Assembly: GCA_965644315.1 (NCBI GenBank)
Contig: CBFFRQ010000053.1
Location: 496,001 to 560,000 of the forward strand
Direction: 5' to 3'
Length of the DNA stretch: 64,000 nt
Source: Caecitellus pseudoparvulus
Lineage: Eukaryota; Protista; Bigyra: Bicosoecida
How positions within the stretch are numbered: the stretch's first letter is position 1; each line of letters opens with the position of its first letter. Position numbers and translations under genes: made by a program. The notes beneath the pieces are model-generated. The model did not search any database, had not been told where the DNA came from, and worked only from the letters and a program-made list of their open reading frames with translations. Below, in pieces: positions 17,711 through 26,588 of the stretch.

Positions 17711-19444
17711 CTAGCTCTTCAACTCTCTCGCGGCACCACTGGGCAGTGCCCACCATGATGGAGCGATACTGAACCCCAGCATACTTGAAGATGGTGTGGG
17801 TGGAAGCTGGCCAAGCGCCAGCTCCAGCACTTGCGTCTTCCATCCCATGGCACTCGGCATACTCCATGAAGGGGGCTGCGCCTCAAGCAAGTCCTCTACC
17901 ACCTTTGCCGTTGCTTCTTCCAGCAGGTCACCCCAGACAGTCCCCGGCGCTGTCACATCAAGGGCATGCCACACAGATGCCCGCAATGGCAGAGCTCGCA
18001 GTACAAAGTTATGCAGTGCTACAGCTACACGTAGACGCAGTGCAACTGCTGCTGGCCCAAGGTTTCCATTCGCAGTGTTGTTCAAGATGCGGAACCTGTT
18101 CTTGAGCTCTCCAAATGCACATTCTACCTTAACTCGAATGTGCAAAAGTGCATCGTGGAAAATTGTCACCAAATGATTCGGCTGCACCACATCAGTGTCC
18201 CGCTGGTCGAACGGAAGAAGTAAGAATGTGTACCCCGGACGAAATCCCGAGTCTGCTGCCAATGTATATGGGAGTGGACAAGGACGTAAGCTTGGGTTCC
18301 CGACCATTGCCGCAAACATGGGAGACCTTATGAGCTTCCCCCGATCGCTTTCGGCACCAGCATACCCAATGTCTGCTTGCCAGAAGAGTCCGTGGCCACT
18401 TACCATGCACTGGGCACTAACCGAAGCCACGCCATCCTTGTTTATGTATACGCCCTTTCCACTATCTTCACTGATGTAAGCACGCACATGTGTATCATCC
18501 ACGCTGCCTGCTACGCACGGCAGCTGCATGCCTGACAGGGCAAAGTTCAATCGTACACTCTCCATCCACTCCCCAGAATCTGGTGCTGGCATGTACACCT
18601 GCTGTTCAAACATGCTGGATGAGATAGACCGCAAGAAAACCTTTAGGATTCGACTGCATGTGGACTTCGATGCCCCAGTGAACGCTTCTTGTCCAGCTCT
18701 CATGTTGAAACCCTTGCACATATAATGCACTCCAAGGCAACAAGCCTCCAGCCAACTGAAAGTGCATCCTTGGCCGCAGAATGATGAGTCCACAGCACCC
18801 CACCAGTCTGCCACTGATGGCTGTTGCTGCACCATGGGACGCTCGCATGCCCCAAGGCGACTGCAGTGCTCGTGCAGACAGTCTTCCCTGTGGCGCCGAA
18901 GCTGTCTCTGCCAGGTCCTGTGCTCTTGTGAGTCTGGTTCCTCTGCAGGTTCATCACCTGCAAGCTCCACAGCGTGGGCCTCTACTTCCACGGGTAGGAT
19001 CGAATGCATGACCCACCTGTACCAGAGTTTTGGTGCAGAAGATTTCATGAACCACACCGATAGAGCTAAAATAGTGTTCACACCAACAGAGCACAACTGC
19101 TTCATAGTATACTGCAACACCGTATGTGGGGTTGTGCAAACCTCGTGCTCTTCGAGAGGCACTCCATGTTGCCGTGCCACCCACGTCCTCACACCGGATG
19201 CCAAACCTGCAAGAGGATTGGTGCGGCCACGTGCGCTGGCCCTCACGCCCTCCTCCAGAGCACAGTCTTCATCGAAGCACGGTAGTGGCACGGCCTGCTC
19301 GTGTCCATCTTCATCGGCCATTGCTACCACTGCCAGCAACAGTGCTGCTTCTGTGGCAATAAGTGCTTGGAGCGCTTGCAACCTACGGACATGCTGCCGC
19401 CGGCGCAACAGTAAAAAGGAAACCAGGAATTGCATGCCAGACAT
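17711..19444 (-). CDS. Harbinger/PIF DDE transposase (HARBI1-like, DDE_Tnp_4 plus HTH)
   Basis: Motifs: HTH LGVHYMCKG..FTGASKSTCSRI; VAGSVDDTH (D1); VSAQCMV; GAESD; LAADSGF (D2); RVKVECAFGELKNRFRIL (E); LHNF. The ORF is uninterrupted; first ATG at 19444. Confidence 0.93.
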   Translation of the reverse strand: MSGMQFLVSFLLLRRRQHVRRLQALQALIATEAALLLAVVAMADEDGHEQAVPLPCFDEDCALEEGVRASARGRTNPLAGLASGVRTWVARQHGVPLEEHEVCTTPHTVLQYTMKQLCSVGVNTILALSVWFMKSSAPKLWYRWVMHSILPVEVEAHAVELAGDEPAEEPDSQEHRTWQRQLRRHREDCLHEHCSRLGACERPMVQQQPSVADWWGAVDSSFCGQGCTFSWLEACCLGVHYMCKGFNMRAGQEAFTGASKSTCSRILKVFLRSISSSMFEQQVYMPAPDSGEWMESVRLNFALSGMQLPCVAGSVDDTHVRAYISEDSGKGVYINKDGVASVSAQCMVSGHGLFWQADIGYAGAESDRGKLIRSPMFAAMVGNPSLRPCPLPYTLAADSGFRPGYTFLLLPFDQRDTDVVQPNHLVTIFHDALLHIRVKVECAFGELKNRFRILNNTANGNLGPAAVALRLRVAVALHNFVLRALPLRASVWHALDVTAPGTVWGDLLEEATAKVVEDLLEAQPPSWSMPSAMGWKTQVLELALGQLPPTPSSSMLGFSIAPSWWALPSGAARELKS

Positions 19445-20048
19445 GGTTGTATGATCTGTGCAAGACAATACGGGGAGTCTTTTCTCACAGTGCCTTGTTC
19501 GGCCTGTCTCAACCAAGACTCATTTCGATTTCCGCGAAACTCGCCTTGCGGGAAGTGCAAGCCTTCGAGGTGAAAATTGTGAATTGCAACCCTGGGACGC
19601 TGATCGTTTGATCGGTAGTTCGACACTGTGAAAGACACATGGGGGCTGGAGTGCTGGTTGCGCCGGTGTCGAATGCGGGTTTGTGAGCACCTCGATGACG
19701 ACGCAGGCCCTCTGTTCGTAATCGACAGACAACTCACCCGAATCGAAAGAGGGTGATCACCAAAACGGCCCGATTCCTCGAAATTCGGCCCACACTTCAT
19801 AAAAATTTGCATTGGATCACGAAAGTGTACGAATACGCGCAAGTAGACTGGAACATAAGACAGCAGCCTCCTTTTACAAACGTGGGCAAGCAAATTCCGC
19901 ATCCAGTTTGCATCACAGACCCAACCTTTCAAGCACACTCTGACAAAAATAATGTATGCATTCGTTATTTTATACTCAGTACATTATCACATACAACTAT
20001 CGCCAACATGCCCTCCTGACAAGCTCAAAAACGAACCCCTCCTAACCA

Positions 20049-20065
20049 CTCAATGGGACAGGGCC
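20049..20065 (-). repeat. Right terminal inverted repeat
   Basis: CTCAATGGGACAGGGCC, followed by TSD CAG. Confidence 0.9.
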
Positions 20066-20650
20066 CAGGGTGGGAGGCTTGTGAAGCGGAGGCAGCAGCG
20101 CAAGTGCGGCAGGCCCCACGGCAACCAAGAGAATGGTCGAAGCGTGCAGTGGATGCTGTCTGGGGGGGGTGCGGTATGACCCCTGTGTGCGCCCTGTTCA
20201 ACAAGGCATGCCTTGCGTCCCTCACACCAGAACCAGAGGAAAGGGAGGGAACTTGGCGTGGCGCGAAGCGGCTCCCAGTCGGAGGGCGCCACTGCAATGC
20301 TGCTCAACATACAAACTCAATGCAGCCGAACATCAGCGTGTGGGAGTGGCCTGTACAACGCACTTCCTCCTAACATCTACGCGTGAGCCCTGGCGAGGCT
20401 GCCGGGGGCTCAACCAGCGAAGTTTTGCCGGGCAGGGGCACTTCCGAGTTGCAGGCTGCCGCGCGCACTTGTTGAGCTTCAGGAGCTCACAGGTGTGCAG
20501 CGCAGACCTGTCCTCGGAGGCACTGAGCCTTCTTGTCGTGCGTTCGCGTGACGGGTCGTGGGACTCCCCGCAGTTGGAGCACGGATCCACCCCCAGCCAA
20601 GCCAAAGCAGCGTTTCAGGCACCCCGCGAAACGACCTGCGCTCGCCCAGC

Positions 20651-23600
20651 ATGGCTTTTCAGACACCCCAGCAGGCCCCCAGGGGGACCCCTACGCACCC
20701 TCCAACGATGGGCCCGGAGTTCCCACACAAGTTGCTCCTTCACACCTATGCTTGCCAGGGGGGGAAATGGGCGCCGTTGGAGCCAGTGCAGCAGCTTGGC
20801 GGGGCGCGCCCTGCCCCGCCTCCCGTGCGCCTCAAGTCCCTCAAGGTCCTGACCTACAACGTATGCTTCGAGTGCCATAGGAAGGACATCAGGTGAGGCC
20901 GGCTGCCCACGGCTTGTTTGCCGAGATTGTGGGCAGCTCCAGCCCACACACGACTGTGTGTCACCGCACCACCTCCTGCCGCTCGCCCCGCAGGGAGCAA
21001 AAGCTGATCAGCCTCATGTTTGACGCTGACGCAGACTTCCTGTGTCTGCAGGAGGTTACACCCGGGTTCATGAAGCGCTTGTTTCAGACACGCTGGGTGC
21101 AGGAAGCGTACGTTGCCTCAGATGGCCCTCGAGGGCGGACAGTGGCGCAAGGCAAGCGCGGCGCGAGTCTGCAGTACGGCTGCGTCATCTTGGCCAAGAA
21201 GCACTGGCGGCCGTCCTTTACCGCGTGGGCTTTGCCAGGCAGGCTTTGCCGCCACCTGATCACGGCGCAGTGCTGCGCCATGCCGGAGAGGGCCGTCCCC
21301 GGCGTGGTGGTGGGCGGGCATGACCTGCCCGAGCCGGAGCCTGGCTCTGCTACGCCGTGCGCCGCCCCTGCGGCTTGCCTGCCGAGCCCAGCTGGGGACA
21401 TGCTGCACGAAGCTGATCGTGGCACCCCCAGCCCGCCTTGTCGCCAGCCTGAAGTTGACCCCCAGGACTGCCTCAGCCTCGTCATCGCCACGAGCCACCT
21501 GGAGAGTGGCAAGGGTGCCACGAAGTTTCGAGAGGAGCAGCTAGTGCACATCTTTGGACTGCTGGGGCTCTTGAGCGAGGACACGACCAGGTCTGCGGCC
21601 ATATTCATGGGGGACTTCAACTTCTCGGATGGCTGGCCAGAGGAGCGGCTCCTCAGCCCCGACTTCAGAGACGTGTGGCTGGAACGCCACAGGGCGGAGG
21701 ATGGCTTGACCATGACGTCTCAAGGCACATACAAAGACTGGCGGCCGGACCACATCCTCTTCCGGTCGCCCACCCCCCGTGGGCTGCCAGCTGACCCCAC
21801 CGAGTTCTTGATGGAGCCCAAGTCCATTCACATCATTGGTAAAGATCCTCTGCCCCTGCAGCCTCATGAGGCCCCATCCGGCCTAGACAGGTTCCTCACC
21901 CCCTCTGACCACTTTGGGCTGGTCGCTTCTCTGTCGCTGCAGCGCGGCATTCCCATGGTGAACGAGGTGGAGGAGGGGGAGGGGGAGGGGGAGCAAGTGG
22001 GTGGTCCCCTGGCCCCCGGCTTCCCCTCAGCAGGCAGCTCCATGACCGTGGAGGGTGCAAGCGCTGTCCCCCCCGGGACCTGGGACAGTGCTCGAGGCCC
22101 CAGTGCTTTCAGTGGCGCATCAAAGGCGGGGGCAACCCCTAGTGCATCGGGGGACACCCTCCCCCCCCTCATGCGCAGGGCGAGCGAGCACCACCTTGAC
22201 TTCCCTGCATCTGCCTTGGAGGGGTGTGAGGGAGGGGTCCACTCGCCTATGCCCGGGACGGGCGTGTGTGATGCTGGGCACCCCACGACGCCCCTCCTGG
22301 GTGCCATGAAGGGCACTTGCCCACCCTCCGCGGCTTGCCTAACGCCAGCGGTGCCAGTGCCGGTACACACGCCTGTCGCCAAACCGCAGCAGTACACTCT
22401 GGATGGCGGGCTGATCGACATCAGTCCGCCTGAGCGCGCCCGCCGCCCCTTGGCGCTGACAGCAGAGGCTCAGCGCCTGCAAGATGCGGGCGATGGCCCC
22501 TGTTCCTCTAGCCTGGCCCTGCAGCGTCTGGACGACGCATCTGGCAGTGGCGGGCGCGGCGTAGACCTCAACTCCACGCAGCCCGAGTTGAGGAGCCGCT
22601 TCCAACTGACGAACAGTGCCGCTCCAGCCAGCAGGTTGGAGCTGGGCACTCCCACGCCTGAGGTCCCGTCTCATCGGCTGTTGGGGAAGCTGGTGTCTCC
22701 CCCCACGACACACCGGGCATCTGCCCGTTGCCTGGATGCGGGCAGGTCGCGCCTCCGGTCCACTGGGCAAGGGTTTGGCCGGCTTGGCGCACAAACAGTG
22801 CTGCACGCCGGCCACACGAGCCTCACACCCGCCATGCAGGGCCTGCAGCTGTCGCAGAGCAGCCGAAGCTCCCCTGGCCGGAGCGTGGAGGAGAGGGCGG
22901 GGTCTGTGGAGCGCAAGGCCGCCCGCAACGGCGACGACCCGCATGACGACGACCTGGACGTGTCTGGTGACACCGAGCTGCTGCAGGTGGATGGCGACGA
23001 CCTGGGCCACTTGGCCCTGCAGCAGCACCCGCAGGTGTCCCCCTCACGGGTGTGCGGCATGGGCAAGGGTGCACCAGAGTCTGATTTCGCGTGGGCGCCG
23101 GCGCCGCACTCCGTGCACGGCGAGGGGACCGACTCCATGGACGTGCTGGGCCCTTTGGACGGCGCAGACCTGGCCAGCCGGAGCCTGGAGTTGCCGAGCT
23201 CGGCGCAGTTCGAGACAGACCTGGGGCTGGCTGTGCGTACCCAGGGCCTGGACATGGGCGTGGCAGCGGCCAGCGCTCCCGTGTCGGGGCACAGCGTAAG
23301 CAGCCTGTACACGCCGCACTTCGCAGCGGATGGGGGGACGCCTGCCAGCTTCTCACCTGCCGTGACGCCGGTGGCCAAGCATGAGGGGGCGCCCTACGTA
23401 CGACCCCAGCGGCACTCTGCAAGCTTCCGGGCGGAGGACAGCTTCCAAGACTTGCAGCAAGACAGCGAGCTGGCCAGCATCCCGTTCGTGCAGCACGACT
23501 CTGGGGCATCAGCCCACCTTCCACAGCGGCCTAGCTCGGCCAGGAGCACCGCCTCTTTCCAGTCCAGCCTCGGGGGCAAGCGCCGCGGCCGCTCTGAAGC

Positions 23601-24372
23601 GCGCATTGACGAGACCTCCCAGCAGCAGTTCTTTTTGGCCCCTCGCACGGCGACGCTGCGCCCGGGTCCGGAGATGCTGCGCAGCGGGGCCCAGACACCG
23701 GGTGCCAGAAGCCAGCAGGCTGAAGTGCTGAGTTTTGACGGCAGTGGGCAGTCCCTGCGGCGGAGCAAGTCCCAGTATGCGCTTGATGGACGGGAGCGAG
23801 CACGGACGTCTACGTCGGTGGGGATGGGTGGAGGCTTTCCCGATTTCCATCCAGCCGACGTGTCCCCTGAGTTGGCACACGATTTTGACGCATCCGGAGC
23901 CAGCAGGCCCATGGTCGCCACCGACTCGTCGGAACCCGACGCTCACCCCGTGTCGGTGACAGGCGACAGCTATTCCCATGGCTCCCCTTTTAAACACCAT
24001 CGGAACCTCAGCCGTCTCGACTGCGGCTCCTCGTGCAGCGCGCAGCTGTGTGAGCCGGCCTACTCTGCAAAGCCAGCCCTGATCGCGGGACAGAGCTCCC
24101 TGTCAGGGGCTGCGCCCGCTGCGAGTAGGGCTGTGCTGGCGCACCCAGTAGCATACCACAGCAGGGGTGGGCACACCCGGACGCACTCCCAGGCCACAGA
24201 GGAGGATTTGCAGCTGCCCGCTCAGCCACCCGCTGCACCGGCGCCAGCAAGTGCTGCCGGCGCCATGCCAGGGGGTGTCTTGACACAGGTGAACCCTAAC
24301 ACTGTTCCATCGGAGACTGGGACCAGCGGCTGCACGCCAGCCAAGCACCGACCCCGGCAAGGCACTGCGTAG
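20651..24372 (+). CDS. TDP2: Endonuclease/exonuclease/phosphatase (EEP) protein, TDP2-like, with long disordered C-terminus; intron 20893-20993
   Basis: Motifs VLTYNV, LCLQEV, ATSHLES, FMGDFN, DHILF and PSDHFG. The GTGAGG...CGCAG intron restores the frame. Confidence 0.7.
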
Positions 24373-24574
24373 GAGCAGGTCTTGCCAACCACCGACGTGG
24401 GAATGTTTGCACCCCCCCTGCCTGTGCAGCCGGGTGCTCTGGACAGGCGAGTGTGACTGCCTTCCCGCTGCACACACGCCAATTTCAGAATGCATGCTCA
24501 CCAGGCTCCATTGCTCCTGGCATGTCCACGGCAGGCACGCGTCAGCTCTCCGCCTCCGGCACGGAAGCCTGAGC

Positions 24575-26425
24575 ATGGCAGCGGCCAGTCGAGCTGCCGC
24601 CCTCAGGGGGCGGCTGGGCTCACGCCTGGCCTTCGCAGTCACGCCCGCCCAATATTCGAGGCGTTTGTCCAGTGTTGGCGCGGTGCCGCTCACTGAGCCT
24701 CTGCCAGGGTGCGTGTGCTGCGGTAATACTGCGTGTGCCGTGCAGCCCCGAAAACCGCACCCCGCCGCGGCACAGCTTGCCTGAGCTGAAGCCTGCAGGG
24801 GCACTGCCCAAGCCAGTGACCCGTGTGACCACCCTGCCCAATGGACTGCGAGTCGCGACTGAGGAGTCGTATGGACAGGTGTGTGTTGCCTTGACCTGCG
24901 CGGCGCCGGCTGGCAGCGAACCAACTGCTCTGGCTCACGCAGGTGGCCTGTGTCACGGCCTTCGTGGCTGCCGGCAGCATGTACGAGTGGCCTGACTCAA
25001 CAGGCGTCTGCCACTTACTGGAGCACACAGCCTTTAAGTCCACGGCCAATGACTCTGCTGACGCAGTGTGGGGCAAGGCCACGGAAGCAGGCATCTCCCT
25101 CTCAGCGGCCAACTCGCGGGAAGTGCTCTCCTACCGCGCGGACTGCGTGCGGGACTCCATGCCGCTGGCCCTGGGCCTCCTGGCTGACACCCTGTCCTGC
25201 CCCCTCATCACTGATGCTGAGGTGCAGGTTGCCAAGGTAAGGCGAGGATTGCAACGCTGCCGCTGTGCAGTGGTGTCACCGGCCCCCCTCCACCTCGCTC
25301 CCCACGCAGCAAATCGTTGAGTTCCAGCACTACCAGGCCAATGACATGCCGCAGCAGGTGGTGCAGGAGCTCCTGCACGCTGCTGCGTTCGGCAGTGACT
25401 CCGCGTTGGGGCGGCCGCTGATGGCTCCCCTGGAGGCCCTGCCCGCCCTCACACCCCAGCACCTGCACGACTTCCGCTCCAAGCACTTCACACCAGACCG
25501 CATTGTGCTAGCTGCGGCGGGTGTGGACCACGACGCCTTCGTTGCCGAGGTTTCCGCGCATTTCGGCGGCCTGCAGCCCGGCAGCCACTTCGCCAGCGGC
25601 GCGCCCTCCACCTCTGCGCCCAGTGGCAGCGACGGCACCGGTGCAGGTGGACTGGACGGCAGCTTTGCAGACCCCAGCCGTGCCACGGCGTCCTCCACTT
25701 GGCCCCGGCCGCCGCAAGACTACGTCGGCGGCCTGGTGTCGGCAAACATGCGGCAGAACAACGGGCAGCCCCTGGACTTCTCCCACATGGTGGTGGCCTT
25801 CCCCACCGTGGGGTGGACGGATGCGGACGTTGTGCCCATGTGTGTGCTGGACACCCTCCTGGGGGGGGGCTCCTCCTTCAGCGCAGGGGGGCCGGGCAAG
25901 GGCATGTACTCCCGGCTGTACCGACAAGTGCTGAATTCGTTTGCGTGGGTGGACGCAGCCAACGCCTTCACCCTGCAGTACGACCACCATGGACTGTTCG
26001 GCATGTACGGCAGCGCTGCCCCCCGCGACATGCCGCTCATGCTGTCAGTTCTTGCCGACCAGCTGTCGAACCTGCGCAGCCGGCCCGTGTCTGAGACAGA
26101 GCTCTCCCGTGCGCGCAACCAGCTGACCTCCTCCGTCATGATGAATCTGGAGATGAAGAGCATCCAGTGTGAAGACATTGGGCGGCAGGTGCTGATTCTG
26201 GACAAGCGCGTGGAGCCGACGGACCTCGTCCGGCGCATTCAGGCCGTGACGGCGGCGGACCTGCAGCGGGTGGCCACGGAGGCCCTGTCCAAGCCGCCCT
26301 CTGTGGCCTTGCTGGGGGAGTGCCACGGCATGCCAGACTACGATGGCATCCGGGCGCTGCTGGCGGAGGGCAAGAGCCGCTCATACATGGACATCATGGA
26401 CCGTTTCATGCAACGGGGCAGTTGA
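24575..26425 (+). CDS. PMPCA: Mitochondrial-processing peptidase alpha subunit (M16B); introns 24709-24775, 24879-24942, 25237-25309
   Basis: Arg/Ser/Ala-rich presequence, TTLPNGLRVA, and the alpha-specific glycine loop GGGSSFSAGGPGKGMYSRLY, also MNLE..CEDIGRQ. Confidence 0.92.
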
Positions 26426-26588
26426 GCCAGGGTGGCACCGCCCCCGCGCCAGCAAATGCAACATGCCCACCTTCGTGCGGCAGACGAGTGTGTGCGCTGA
26501 GCGCAGCGACAGGTTCAGCACGGTGCGGCGAGCTGCGCACGCCACCCATTGTGGGGTGTTGAGCGCCAGCCAACCTTGCACTTCAGCC

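Larger units (their letters stand above)
15056..20065. mobile_element. PIF/Harbinger-superfamily DNA transposon, full-length two-ORF type (5,010 bp)
   Basis: TIRs are GGCCGTGTCTCATTGAG (15056-15072) and the reverse complement GGCCCTGTCCCATTGAG (20049-20065), 15/17 identical, plus GGAGG at the same offset (15079-83 / 20038-42). The flanking direct repeat is CAG (15053-55, 20066-68). It encodes a DDE_Tnp_4-type transposase and a second ORF, and its ends are more AT-rich than host genes. Confidence 0.92.

Noticed and set aside
15045-20073. Alternative TSDs CCAGGG (6 bp) or TGG
   Set aside because: CCAGGG overlaps the TIR symmetry and gives the same empty site. TGG would make the element ends asymmetric. 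CAG fits both the TIR register and Harbinger biology.
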